From positions 1,632,001-1,696,000 of the forward strand of contig OZ255726.1 in assembly GCA_965277405.1 (NCBI GenBank): a DNA stretch of 64,000 nt, in the 5' to 3' direction. The position numbers were made by a program, and so were the translations under genes. The notes beneath the pieces were generated by a model. That model saw only the letters and a program-made list of their open reading frames with translations, ran no database searches and was not told the DNA's origin. Shown here one piece after another: positions 21,484 to 32,242 of the stretch (position 1 is the first letter of the stretch; every line of letters starts with the position of its first letter). The DNA is from Gammaproteobacteria bacterium (GTDB taxonomy: Bacteria; Pseudomonadota; Gammaproteobacteria; G965277405).

Positions 21484-21768
21484 GGAACCTCTGATTAAGT
21501 CCATGATGGGCGAGACGGAGAAAAAACGCTGATGATAACTAGACGCAGTGCGCAGATAATACTGGTGGTATTATCAAGTGCTGCAACGACGTTAGCGCAG
21601 CGTTTTTTCCCGTCCTTCTGTTGAATATACTTTGGGTTTGATGGTAGCGGTACTTGCTGTGTTGCATCCCTTGGCGTATATGCTACGGCATGCGCCTGCG
21701 GAATGCGCCTTGCAATCATCAGCAATTGCCATCAAACTCGCTCCATCAGCGACTTAATCATAGCTTCC
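21484..21768 (+). mobile_element. MITE copy 4, followed by an extra solo end at 21789-21801
   Basis: GGAACCTCTGATTAA ... TTAATCATAGCTTCC|TTAG, then AATCAGAGCTTCC|CTAA. Confidence 0.92.
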
Positions 21769-21806
21769 TTAGCGGTGCAGCATCCAAAAATCAGAGCTTC
21801 CCTAAA

Positions 21807-22223
21807 CTACTTATTAACCGTTGGCAAATTTGCATCCTGCCAGCCAGCCATGCCACCAGCTAGACGTACCACGTCATACCCTTGAATCAATAAATTCTCA
21901 GCAATACTGCGTGTTGACATTCCTGAATTGCAGACAAGAACCAACTTTTTATGGCGGTGCTTTTCAAAATAATGGTTTTGTTTTTCAATAGAAGTAGCAG
22001 GAAGATGTTCAGCGGCTGTGATATGTCCCGCACGAAAATCTTTTTCATTGCGAACATCAACGATCCAAACGTGGTCACGATTTATCATAGTTACAAGTTG
22101 ACTTGGCGATATACCTGTACCTGCTTTGGATTTTTCTAACACAATAATCGCTAGTACTACCGTCACGAGGCAGCCGACGAGTAACGGTTGTTGGTCAACA
22201 AAAAAAAGAAGTTTAGTGAACAT
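21807..22223 (-). CDS. Rhodanese-like domain membrane protein (YibN-like)
   Basis: N-terminal TM helix, IVDVR, FRAGHI, LVCNSG, LAGGMAGW. Confidence 0.88.
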   Translation of the reverse strand: MFTKLLFFVDQQPLLVGCLVTVVLAIIVLEKSKAGTGISPSQLVTMINRDHVWIVDVRNEKDFRAGHITAAEHLPATSIEKQNHYFEKHRHKKLVLVCNSGMSTRSIAENLLIQGYDVVRLAGGMAGWQDANLPTVNK

Positions 22224-22290
22224 TATGGGGTCTCTGGGTAAATCTATACAGGTAGTAGTTTGTTGTAAATGGCGATGATTACAAGGCGCA

Positions 22291-22875
22291 TTATGCTGAA
22301 TCGCTCGGTGTTGGCTTAGCGGTAGGCGGTATAGGAGCAGAAGAACTTACTTTTGGAGTTGTTGCTGTTGGCTGCGTCGATGCTGATTTTGTTGCAGGAC
22401 GTACTTTGTTTACTACAGCTGTTGTAGTTGTAGTTTTTTTCTCCTGCGTCTTGCTTGTTGGAGATTTTGTGCTATTTGACTTTCTCACGGAAACTGTGCT
22501 AGCTGTTTTGGGCGTTAAATTAGCACTTGCTGCTGTACTGCTATTGCCAACATTCGAGCGGCTTGGAATAGGCGTACGGCTGTTCTGGTCAGCTGTTACT
22601 TGTGGCCATTCACCAAATGGAAATGGTTTGTTTGCTGAATTACTGCTGATATAACTCACAACCTGCTGTGAATATATAGCGAGAGATTCACCAAATCGAC
22701 ATAGCTTTTCTAGAGGTTCCTTACTAAACAGCAGCGCTAGCGACTGCACGATACCAATCAAAAACACTGCAATCTGCAAAATATACATTACCAAACAAAA
22801 AATGAACGTAAAAATTATACGCAGCCAACTTTCGCCATCCAGCAGATTACCGATTATTCCTGAACGTTTTTGCAT
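22291..22875 (-). CDS. DUF4389-like membrane protein with S/T/K/P-rich tail
   Basis: WLRIIF, FGESLAIY, KPFPFGEWP, then about 100 aa of low-complexity sequence. Confidence 0.7.
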   Translation of the reverse strand: MQKRSGIIGNLLDGESWLRIIFTFIFCLVMYILQIAVFLIGIVQSLALLFSKEPLEKLCRFGESLAIYSQQVVSYISSNSANKPFPFGEWPQVTADQNSRTPIPSRSNVGNSSTAASANLTPKTASTVSVRKSNSTKSPTSKTQEKKTTTTTAVVNKVRPATKSASTQPTATTPKVSSSAPIPPTAKPTPSDSA

Positions 22876-22959
22876 AATAGTATGATGTTTTGAAAACTAG
22901 TATCATACACAAGATAAGATACTCTCGCCAATATTATGAGCTGTATTCAAAATCCGTAG

Positions 22960-23252
22960 GGAAGCTCTGAGTAATTCCATGATGGGCGAGACGGAGCAAA
23001 AACGCTGATGATACTTAAGCGCAGTGCGCATTAATACTGGCGGGTCTTGTGGGTATTGCCAAGTGCTGCAACGACGTTTGCGCAGCGTTTTTTCCCGTCC
23101 TTCTGTTGAATATATAACGGTTTGCCTACAAGCGGTACTTGCTGTGTTGCATCCCTTGGCGGATAGCTAGGTCATGCGTCTGCGGTTTGCGCCTTGCAAT
23201 CATCAGCAATTGCAGGCAAACTCGCCCCATCAGCGACTTAATCAGAGCTTCC
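22960..23252 (+). mobile_element. MITE copy 5
   Basis: GGAAGCTCTGAGTAA ... TTAATCAGAGCTTCC. Confidence 0.92.
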
Positions 23253-23451
23253 TTTGCTGCTACTAGTGTATTTCGCCTTTACATGCTACAAAAGCTGTGA
23301 TATTTTTTAAATAATTGCAATACACTTTATATTTTTATATTATTCCACGACAACAGTTTCTTCATGTTGTTTTCAATATTCAATACCTGACAATCCACCG
23401 GCGAGCGTTGCAACGCCGACAACTCTTATTAGTAAACTCATCCACCACGAT

Positions 23452-24711
23452 ATGAATTTGAATGAACTCAAGCGTATGTCCATGCCCGAGCTGCTTGCTT
23501 TTGCAAAAGATAAAAACATTGAAAATATGGGGCGTTCGCGCAAGCACGATCTGATATTTGCGCTGCTCAAACACCACGCCAAACAAGGCGCAGAAATAAG
23601 CGGTAGCGGATCACTTGAAATACTGCAAGATGGCTTTGGCTTTCTACGTTCAAGTGATAGTTCATACGTTGCAGGTTCTGATGACATATATATTTCACCA
23701 AGCCAAATACGCCGCTTTCAACTACGCAAAGGGGATACTATTAATGGACTAATCCGTCCGCCAAAAGAAAACGAACGTTACTTTGCCCTTCTCAAAGTCA
23801 TCGAAATCAACTTTGAGAAACCTGAGAATGCGCAATCTAAAATTTTGTTTGAAAACTTAACCCCACTCTTCCCAGACGAACATATCAAGCTTGAAGTCGA
23901 CGGCATGTCGGATCGACAGGCACTCACTGGCAGAATGATTGACTTACTCTCACCCATAGGAAAAGGTCAGCGCGGCTTACTGGTTGCGCCACCGAAAGCT
24001 GGTAAAACATTTATTCTTAAAAATATCGCCAAAGCAATTGAAAAGAACCATCCAGAATGCCATCTGCTGGTATTACTGATTGATGAGCGCCCCGAAGAAG
24101 TTACTGACATGCAACGCTCTGTTAAAGGTGAAGTGACTGCAAGCACCTTTGATGAACCAGCAACCCGCCATGTGCAAGTTGCAGAAATGGTGATTGAAAA
24201 AGCTAAACGCCTCGTGGAACACAAGCGTCATGTCATTATTTTACTCGATTCAATCACCCGCCTTGCCCGCGCATATAACGCAGTCATTCCATCATCTGGC
24301 AAAGTTTTGACCGGTGGTGTCGATGCCAATGCATTAGAAAAACCAAAACGTTTTTTTGGAGCCGCAAGGAATATTGAAGAAGGCGGAAGTCTGAGTATTA
24401 TTGCCACAGCATTGATTGATACTGGCTCAAAAATGGACGAAGTTATTTATGAGGAATTCAAAGGAACTGGCAACATGGAGCTCCACCTTGACCGCGAAAT
24501 TGCAGAAAAAAGAATTTATCCTGCGATCAACATCCGCCGTTCAGGTACCCGCCGTGAAGAGCTGCTCATCCCTGAAGATATGCTGAAAAAAATGTGGATT
24601 CTCCGAAAAATATTACACCCTATGGAAAACGTTGATGCCTGTGAATTCATCGTAAATCGACTAAAGAACAGCAAGGATAACAACGACTTTTTTGCAATGA
24701 TGAAAAAGTAA
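23452..24711 (+). CDS. rho: Transcription termination factor Rho
   Basis: [48 protein letters not shown]. Confidence 0.98.
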   Translation: MNLNELKRMSMPELLAFAKDKNIENMGRSRKHDLIFALLKHHAKQGAEISGSGSLEILQDGFGFLRSSDSSYVAGSDDIYISPSQIRRFQLRKGDTINGLIRPPKENERYFALLKVIEINFEKPENAQSKILFENLTPLFPDEHIKLEVDGMSDRQALTGRMIDLLSPIGKGQRGLLVAPPKAGKTFILKNIAKAIEKNHPECHLLVLLIDERPEEVTDMQRSVKGEVTASTFDEPATRHVQVAEMVIEKAKRLVEHKRHVIILLDSITRLARAYNAVIPSSGKVLTGGVDANALEKPKRFFGAARNIEEGGSLSIIATALIDTGSKMDEVIYEEFKGTGNMELHLDREIAEKRIYPAINIRRSGTRREELLIPEDMLKKMWILRKILHPMENVDACEFIVNRLKNSKDNNDFFAMMKK

Positions 24712-24715
24712 ATGC

Positions 24716-26371
24716 ATGGACGCCGATCTTAAAAAAAACTTCATATATACTCAAATTCAACAAGACATTGCAGCCGAGATTATCAGCACCCCAGTAACGC
24801 GGTTTCCTCCAGAGCCAAACGGCTATCTGCATATTGGTCACGCCAAATCAATTTGTTTGAACTATGATATCGCCCGTGACTTTGGCGGAGTATGCAACTT
24901 ACGCTTTGACGACACCAACCCAGAAAAAGAAAGTACGGAGTTTACTCAAAGCATTGCTCATGATATTCACTGGCTTGGCTATGGCAGCAATACACAGCCG
25001 AAACAGACGTCCGCATACTTTGAAAAATTATATCAATTTGCCCACGACCTTATCCAGCAAGGTCTAGCGTATGTCGATTTTTCTTCGCAACTAAGCATGC
25101 GCAACATGCGTGGAACATTGACTACAGCTGGGGAAAACAGCCCTTATCGCGACACCAGCATCGCTGCAAACACGGCACATTTTACCGCGATGTACGCTGG
25201 CAAACACCCAGCTGGTAGCTGTGTGTTGCGTGCTAAAATTGATATGGCGTCACCGCGAATGTCCTTACGGGATCCGACTATTTACCGCATCAAAGACATG
25301 CAACACCATGCTACTAACAAGCGCTGGCATGTTTACCCAATGTATGACTTTGCCCACAGTTTAAGTGATGCAATTGAAGGGGTTACCCATTCGCTGTGCA
25401 CCTTAGAGTTTCAAGATAACCGAATACTGTATGCATGGTTTATTCAAAAGCTTACCCCCACATCGCCAACGCGACAATATGAGTTTGCTAAGCTGCGTCT
25501 TGAGCATACGCAACTCAGCAAACGCAAACTACAACAACTGATTGCAGAAGGCTTTGTTGATGGCTGGGACGACCCACGCATGCCGACCATTGCTGGGATG
25601 CGTAAGCGTGGCTACCCAGCGCTTGCCATCCGCAACTTTTGCAACCAAATTGGTGTTGCCAGGATGGATAATTTGGTCAGCTATACACAACTTGAAAGCG
25701 CAGTGCGCGATGCACTCAATACTATAGCTACGCGTGCGTTAGTAGTGTTTGACCCTATTCGGATTGTCATCACCAATTTTTGCGCGACAGAAACATTGCG
25801 CATTGCCCGCCACCCCAATAATCCCGATGCAGGCTGTCGCGATGTGCCATTTACCCAAGAATTGTATATTGAGCGTGATGATTTTCGTGAAAGAGCTAAC
25901 AAACATTACAAACGGCTCGTGCTAGGAAAAAATGTCCGCCTGCGTGGCGGCTATGTCATCATTGCCGATGGATTGAAATATAATAACGCTGGCAACGTTG
26001 ATACAGTGTATTGCCACTATGACCCGACAACGCTTGGCAATAACCCAGCAGATGGTAGCAAAGTACGCGGTGTTATTCATTGGGTAAGCAAAACGCAGCA
26101 TATTCCAATTGAAGTTCATCTGTATCAACGCCTATTCATAGATGCTATTCCTGATGACAGCCAACCACTTGCCCAACTCATCAATCCCGACTCACACAAG
26201 ATCACGACCGCGTATGCTGAACCGAGTATCGCAGCCGTGCCAAGCGACCATCATGTGCAATTTGAACGCGTTGGCTATTTCTATAAAGACCCGCGCGATC
26301 CAGATGCACATATATGGAACCGCAGCGTAGAACTCAAAGATAATTGGTCAACATCCCAATTTACAAGCTAA
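24716..26371 (+). CDS. glnS: Glutaminyl-tRNA synthetase
   Basis: TRFPPEPNGYLHIGHAKS, RFDDTNP, THSLCTLEF, LSKRKL, QFERVGYF. Confidence 0.96.
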   Translation: MDADLKKNFIYTQIQQDIAAEIISTPVTRFPPEPNGYLHIGHAKSICLNYDIARDFGGVCNLRFDDTNPEKESTEFTQSIAHDIHWLGYGSNTQPKQTSAYFEKLYQFAHDLIQQGLAYVDFSSQLSMRNMRGTLTTAGENSPYRDTSIAANTAHFTAMYAGKHPAGSCVLRAKIDMASPRMSLRDPTIYRIKDMQHHATNKRWHVYPMYDFAHSLSDAIEGVTHSLCTLEFQDNRILYAWFIQKLTPTSPTRQYEFAKLRLEHTQLSKRKLQQLIAEGFVDGWDDPRMPTIAGMRKRGYPALAIRNFCNQIGVARMDNLVSYTQLESAVRDALNTIATRALVVFDPIRIVITNFCATETLRIARHPNNPDAGCRDVPFTQELYIERDDFRERANKHYKRLVLGKNVRLRGGYVIIADGLKYNNAGNVDTVYCHYDPTTLGNNPADGSKVRGVIHWVSKTQHIPIEVHLYQRLFIDAIPDDSQPLAQLINPDSHKITTAYAEPSIAAVPSDHHVQFERVGYFYKDPRDPDAHIWNRSVELKDNWSTSQFTS

Positions 26372-26549
26372 GGAACCTCTGATTAAGTCCATGATGGGCG
26401 AGACGGAGAGAAAACGCTGATGATAACTAGACGCAGCACTTGATAATACTGGTGGTCTTGTGGGTGTTGCCAAGTGCTGCAACGACGTTAGCGCCGCTTT
26501 TTTCCCGTCGTTGTGTTGAATATACTTTGGGTTTGCGGCAATTGCAGGT
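26372..26549 (+). mobile_element. MITE copy 6 (left part only)
   Basis: CTAA|GGAACCTCTGATTAA; stops after GCAATTGCAGG. The target contains the glnS stop codon. Confidence 0.88.
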
Positions 26550-26824
26550 CTATGCTGGTTTTGCTACAACGTTGTACAATGGTTGGCTATCGTGAAAACA
26601 CTGTTTGTATCAAGGTTTGAGCAGTATTCATGTGAAAAATTATTTACGGATGGTTGGCGAAAAAAACACCGAATTTCTGCTGGTTATGCTTGTTTTAACG
26701 TCACCGTTGTGCTATATACTGCAACAGTATAATCTCCAAAGTGCTGACTATTCGTGACTATTCACATAGCTACGAGTAGTCAGTTATATTGATTATTCAT
26801 GGCGAAATCCATACGGGTGTTTGG

Positions 26825-26851
26825 AAGCGGCTGGTCAATCAGCCGCTTTTT
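26825..26851 (+). terminator. Intrinsic terminator-like hairpin
   Basis: AAGCGGCTG-GTCAAT-CAGCCGCTT followed by a T run. Confidence 0.55.
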
Positions 26852-27019
26852 CATCAACCACTATTTTATTAGAGATTTTGCCATTCCCTTTAATTGCTAT
26901 AAAATATGCCAGCTACTGCGCGATGCGTAGTATTCATATAATAGTTGGTATTGTTACTGCACTATGGTTCAAGCTGACAACCAGTTTATGTATTTGGCAT
27001 CACTCACCGCCTAATACCA

Positions 27020-27121
27020 CAAAATATATTGAATACAGGGATGGAAAACGCTGCGCTGCGTCGTTGCAGCTCTTGGCAGTACCCACAAGAGCAACCAGTG
27101 TTAGTTGCGTCCTTGGCTTAA
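27020..27121 (-). mobile_element. Old, degenerate internal MITE fragment
   Basis: GGAAAACGCTGCGCTGCGTCGTTGCAGCTCTTGGCAGTACCCACAAGAGCAACCAG resembles the reverse complement of the MITE core. Confidence 0.7.
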
Positions 27122-27217
27122 ATAAGCTTTGCATTATGCTTTTTTTATTGTATAGTAGAATATTCATATACATCTCGACTGAATCAGTTTGCAAATTTTA
27201 TTTGCAAATTGACATAC

Positions 27218-27258
27218 AAACAAAATAGGCGGCTTTAGCTGCCTGTTTTGTTGTTTGG
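27218..27258. terminator. Bidirectional terminator-like hairpin
   Basis: ACAAAATAGGCGGC-TTTA-GCTGCCTGTTTTGT. Confidence 0.6.
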
Positions 27259-27299
27259 TAAGTATTAGCCTAACAATTGCATGAATTTAGCAGATGGGC

Positions 27300-27643
27300 T
27301 GGTGCTTGGTATGTATCCATCTTTCACTGCGTCATCTTTCACTGCGTCTTCTTGACCAACTTACCTCAAAACCATTTGCATAAATTGCTTTTCATGCGTT
27401 GGCAATTCACAGTTTGGCTGTTTGTTGACATAGATACATAAAAATCTAGCAATAGGATATTCACCAGACAATATATTTTCAGTTGAGGCCTTGTATGCTG
27501 TGCCACCTGTTTTTATTTGCAATTGGCAGCACGCTCGCGCTGCGGTAGCCAATTCCTGGATAGCCAATCCCAGCAACAGCAACTGCTGGCACTACTGCTG
27601 CTGAACTAGGATGCTCATTCACGATTTTATTGTAGTCACCTTT
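27300..27643 (-). pseudogene. pstS: C-terminal fragment of phosphate-binding protein PstS (frameshifted)
   Basis: GDYNKIVNEHPSSAAVV ... GIGYPGIGY in one frame, GEYPIARFLCIYVNKQP in another; cut by MITE copy 7. Confidence 0.75.
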
Positions 27644-27944
27644 GGAAGCTCTGATTAAGTCGCTGATGGAGCGAGTTTGATGGCAATTGCTGATGATTGC
27701 AAGGCGCAAACCGCTAAGCGCATGACCTAGCTGCCAAGGGATGTAACACAGCAAGTACCGCTGCAGCAAACTGCTGTATGTTGAACAGTATATTCAACAG
27801 AAGGACGGGAAAAAAGCGGTACTAACGTCGTTGCAGCACTTGGCAAAACACCCACAAGACCACCAGTATTATCTGCGCACTGCGCTTAAGTTTCAGCAGC
27901 GTTTTTTATCCGTCGCGCCCATCATGGAATTAATCAGCGCTTCC
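27644..27944 (-). mobile_element. MITE copy 7 (inverted)
   Basis: GGAAGCTCTGATTAAGTCGC ... TTAATCAGCGCTTCC. Confidence 0.92.
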
Positions 27945-29059
27945 TTGACGCTTTTGAAACGAAATAATAGAAGATTTCTGAATCACACCACAATCAATAT
28001 TGATTGCCTGGCGGATTGTTTATCCTGCTGCCAACTATCACGACCTGCCAGTTACGGTTGGTAAATACACAATTAAAGCGGCAGAAATTGAGCGTGTAGC
28101 ACTTTCCCAAAGGTAGCTTGGGGTGTGATCCACCGCATAATAATCGATGGTTGCGTATCGCAACATCGGCTTCTTGAATGTGGTTGGTTTGGCAAAAAAG
28201 AATCCCATTCCCTCGTCGCAACTGACATCAATAATCAGGCTATTGGGTTTGAGGCATCCGCGCTCTGCTGCGGTAACAAAATGGATAGGATGTTGAGTAT
28301 CTTGAAAGGTGCCGTTGACGATGATATCTGATTCACCAATAAGGTCGGTCAGTGGGGAGGTAGCGCCATCGTGTTCAACCAATACCATGCGTGCCTCGCC
28401 TGCGTTGCCGCTGCGAATTCTAACATAATTACAATCAAGCACCTCTTCACGTACCTCGTGGTCAGGGCGCTGAATGCAGATGGTAATATCTCTAAAACCA
28501 TCGCTTTAAGCGCGTATATCGCACCACGGCTGACTGCGCCAAAACCGAAAATAATAGTTTTGCGTTGATTGCCGTAATGCCCATCAATACCTTTCAATTG
28601 CAAGGCATGTATGACTGCGCAATACCCTGCCATTTCGTTATTTTTGTAAAACGTGTGGCGACCAATATGCCCGTTAGGAGACCAAATAAACATATCCTCA
28701 AAGGCAATGAGTGTTTGGTTACGATCGATAGCTGCTTGGGTGATATCTCGTTGCTGTACACAATGCACATAGCCCCAAAGTGTGCCCCCTTGGCGCAGCT
28801 GTATTAAATCGGCTAACACTGGCTTGTTAATAATCACCATGCCAATGTCTGCTAGTAATTCATGGCGTGGAGCAATACCACCTGTTAGCGCAGCAATTTC
28901 TGCGTCTGCGATACCAAATGGAATACCATATCCCTTTTCAAATATAAGCTGGCGGCGTAGCCTTGCAGGAATGCGCGACAAATGCTCTGGATGAATTGGA
29001 TAGCGGCGTTCATCTTCTTTTTTGGAAGTTCCAATGACTCCCATTACTGTTGTATTCAT
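27945..29059 (-). pseudogene. Frameshifted N5-(carboxyethyl)ornithine synthase-like (AlaDH/PNT superfamily) gene
   Basis: TSKKEDERRYPIHP, NNEMAGYCAVIHA, GFGAVSRGA; 1-bp loss near 28501, then IIDVSCDEGMGF and YYAVDHTPS; second break near 28040. Confidence 0.8.
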
Positions 29060-29100
29060 GTGGCGCCACCTTGGTAAACAAACAATGGGTTAGAGTTTAT

Positions 29101-29122
29101 GAGCGAGTTAATCAGCGATTCC
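29101..29122. repeat. Solo MITE end abutting the ileS stop codon
   Basis: GAGCGAGTTAATCAGCGATTCC|TTAG. Confidence 0.75.
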
Positions 29123-31942
29123 TTAGACAAAATTCCTGTGCTCGCCAATGTCATCGGTGATGTTGGTATGGCAACGGTCACATAATTCAGGATGCTTGGC
29201 ATGTCGGCCAAGATCAGCTCTGCGGTGCCAACAGCGCGGGCATTTTTCTTCGATTACTGGAGTCATGCTGATGTGCAGTTCGTCGCCTAATTGCAAGGTT
29301 GCTTGCGATGTTATGAGAGCGAAACGCAACTCTTCACCGAGTTTTGCGGCGCTATCATACATTGCCTGTGGGGCAACAATGGCGGCATGCAGCTCAAGCG
29401 ATGAGCCAACACGCTGTTGTTTTGGTAAGTTGCGCATGGCTTCTATATGCTTGTTGCATTGTTCTTTGATGGCAAAAACATGTTGCCAATCGCTTTCATC
29501 CAATGACGAAGTGACACTTGGGAATTGATACGTTACCGCAAGAAAAACTGATGCTGGGCGAGTACCTGTTGCTGTGTGTTGTGGCAGTGTCAGCCAAATT
29601 TCTTCTGCAGTGAAGTTCAGACATGGCGCAATCCATCTGGTAAGGGCTTCAAGAACATGATGCATTGCCGTTTGTGCACTACGCCGAGCCGGGCTATTGG
29701 CGGGCATGGTGTACAGGCGGTCTTTAATAATATCCAGATACAGTGCGCCTAAATCATGGTTGCAAAACCTTAGGATAGCCTGCGTTGTAGCCGCATAGTC
29801 GTACGCTGCTAATAAGCTACTGAGTTGTTGTTGCACAGCATGCGTACGGTTGATAATCCAGGCATCGATTGCTATCAGTTGGCTTGGTGCCACCAGATGG
29901 AGTATTCCATCAAAATCACTGGTGTTGGCAAGCAAAAAACGGCAAGTGTTTCTGATTCTGCGATACGAGTCACTCACCCGCTCTAAAATTTCTTGCGACA
30001 ACGCCATTTCATGGCTGAAGTCTGTTGAGCAAATCCATAAGCGCAAAATATCTGCGCCGTATTGGTTAATAATCTGCTGTGGCGCGATGCCATTATGCAA
30101 CGATTTCGACATTTTCCTGCCTTTACTATCAACTGTAAACCCGTGGGTAAGCACATTTTTATAGGGAGCACAACCGTTAATTGCTGTTGAAATGATTATC
30201 GATGACTGAAACCAACCGCGGTGTTGATCTGAACCTTCGAGGTACATATCAGCAGGAAATGTTAAGTCAGAACGCGCGCGTAATACCGCTTCATGGGTGG
30301 CTCCTGAATCAAACCACACATCTAAGACATCGGTTGATTTCTGATATTGGTCGGCTTCGCTACCAAGTAACTCCGCTGGATCAAGGTCAAACCACCCTTC
30401 GATACCGTGTTCGTGAATGATTGCTTCAATGGTAGTAAAAAACTCAATTGTGCGTAGGTGAAGTTCACCAGTGGTATTGTGGGTGAAAACTGGGATTGGC
30501 ACACCCCAATTCCGTTGCCGTGAAATACACCAATCAGGACGGCTTGCAACCATGCCTTGCATGCGTTCTTTGCCCCAACTGGGAATCCAGTGGACTTTTT
30601 CAACTTGGTCTAATACTTGCTGACTGAGAGGCTTGGCGTCGGTTTTGGCGTCCATCGCAACAAACCATTGTGGTGTTGCTCGATAGGCTGTTGGCACTTT
30701 ATGCCGCCAACAATGCGGGTAGGAGTGTTGATGTTTTACGGCATTAAATAATGCGCCATTATGCTCTAATGTGGCGATAATTTTTTCGTTAGCGGCATTG
30801 ATATGCATCCCGCCGAATAATGGCATGTCTGCGGCGAACAGACCGTTTGCTTGCACTGGGTTATCAAATGCCACTCCATATGCTTGCGCTGTATAGAAAT
30901 CATCGAGCCCATAAGCTGGCGCGCTATGGACTATCCCCGTGCCTTCATCCGCCAGCACATATTCTGCTAATACACACAGTGCCGTGCGTTCATACAGCGG
31001 GTGCTGCACAGTTTGGTGTTCAAATGCCTTTCCTGATATTGTGGCGACAATGCTAAAATTGCTCATGCCAAAGCGTTCCATGGCGGTTGTCACCAGCGCG
31101 TTTGCCAGCACCAGCGCCTGTTGATTGCCGTTGGTTTGATAGACCACCAATGCGTATTCAATGTTTGGGTGAAAAGCAATCAAGCGATTTGCCGGGATTG
31201 TCCACGGGGTAGTTGTCCAAATTACCGCAGTAATTGACTGCAATGGCTGGGTGTAGCCAAATAATGCGCTGATAGCAGCAGTATTGCTGAAGCGAAAACC
31301 AACATCAATAGCCGTCGAAGTGTGCGGGGCGTATTCAATTTCAGCCTCCGCCAAAGCAGAGCGGCATTGAAAGCAAAAGTGCACAGGCTTCTCGCCACGG
31401 CGCATATGACCATTGTTGATGAGCTTGCCCAATGCTCGCACGATTCCTGCTTCGGTTGCGTAGTTCATGGTTAAGTAGGGGTTTTCCCAGTCAGCAAAGA
31501 TACCAAGGCGCTTGAATTCATCTTTTTGCTTGGCAATGTGCTTGTTGGCAAATTCCCTGCAAGCTTTGCGGAATGTTTTCGCGTCAACTTTGTCCCCCAC
31601 TCTACCAATTTTTTTCTCAACATTGACTTCAATCGGCAGCCCGTGGCAGTCCCAACCAGGGACGTAGCTGATAGCTTTGCCGGCCATCAGCTGGGTTTTA
31701 TTGATAACATCTTTCAATACTTTGTTGACAGCATGGCCTAAGTGAATATTGCCGTTGGCGTATGGAGGGCCATCGTGGAGAATGAACGAGTGTTGGCGTG
31801 ACTTTCCTGCCGCAAGGATTTGTTGATATACGTCAATCGCTTGCCAATGTTTAAGAATTGCTGGCTCGCGCTGGGCAAGCGACGCCTTCATTGGGAATGA
31901 TGTTTGCGGGAGGTTGAGCGTCGATTTATAGTCGGTATTCAT
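29123..31942 (-). CDS. ileS: Isoleucyl-tRNA synthetase
   Basis: HDGPPYANGNIHLGH, PGWDCHGLPIE, WCISRQR, EGSDQHRGWF, KMSKS, C-terminal Zn finger CPRCW...CDRC. Confidence 0.97.
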   Translation of the reverse strand: MNTDYKSTLNLPQTSFPMKASLAQREPAILKHWQAIDVYQQILAAGKSRQHSFILHDGPPYANGNIHLGHAVNKVLKDVINKTQLMAGKAISYVPGWDCHGLPIEVNVEKKIGRVGDKVDAKTFRKACREFANKHIAKQKDEFKRLGIFADWENPYLTMNYATEAGIVRALGKLINNGHMRRGEKPVHFCFQCRSALAEAEIEYAPHTSTAIDVGFRFSNTAAISALFGYTQPLQSITAVIWTTTPWTIPANRLIAFHPNIEYALVVYQTNGNQQALVLANALVTTAMERFGMSNFSIVATISGKAFEHQTVQHPLYERTALCVLAEYVLADEGTGIVHSAPAYGLDDFYTAQAYGVAFDNPVQANGLFAADMPLFGGMHINAANEKIIATLEHNGALFNAVKHQHSYPHCWRHKVPTAYRATPQWFVAMDAKTDAKPLSQQVLDQVEKVHWIPSWGKERMQGMVASRPDWCISRQRNWGVPIPVFTHNTTGELHLRTIEFFTTIEAIIHEHGIEGWFDLDPAELLGSEADQYQKSTDVLDVWFDSGATHEAVLRARSDLTFPADMYLEGSDQHRGWFQSSIIISTAINGCAPYKNVLTHGFTVDSKGRKMSKSLHNGIAPQQIINQYGADILRLWICSTDFSHEMALSQEILERVSDSYRRIRNTCRFLLANTSDFDGILHLVAPSQLIAIDAWIINRTHAVQQQLSSLLAAYDYAATTQAILRFCNHDLGALYLDIIKDRLYTMPANSPARRSAQTAMHHVLEALTRWIAPCLNFTAEEIWLTLPQHTATGTRPASVFLAVTYQFPSVTSSLDESDWQHVFAIKEQCNKHIEAMRNLPKQQRVGSSLELHAAIVAPQAMYDSAAKLGEELRFALITSQATLQLGDELHISMTPVIEEKCPRCWHRRADLGRHAKHPELCDRCHTNITDDIGEHRNFV

Positions 31943-32129
31943 GCATGCATGCATTTATTAGTTAAAGTTAGCCATTGTAGGAATCGGCTGTAGTGACGCA
32001 AGGCGCTGCGCTGGATTTCACACAAAATGATGCGAAATTCCTTGTTGGCACCTACAGCCACAAAAGTTGTGCTGCAATTTTACTGTGAAATGGTTGTGGT
32101 ATCTGGATTGCTGCCCATAATCAATTGGC

Positions 32130-32210
32130 GCGAGAGTGGCGGAATGGCAGACGCGCTGGATTTAGGATCCTGTGCCTTAGGGCGTGAGAGTTCGAGTCTC
32201 TCCTCTCGTA
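32130..32210 (+). tRNA. tRNA-Leu (anticodon TAG), CCA not encoded
   Basis: GCGAGAG/CTCTCGT acceptor stem, TT-TAG-GA anticodon loop, long variable arm, GAGAG-TTCGAGT-CTCTC T arm; lies in the usual position upstream of tig. Confidence 0.93.
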
Positions 32211-32242
32211 TGATTGTTATTAGCAACCACCTAGAAATATCT

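Noticed and set aside
32027-32242. N-terminal extension of trigger factor
   Set aside because: It reads through tRNA-Leu. The start at 32243 fits better.
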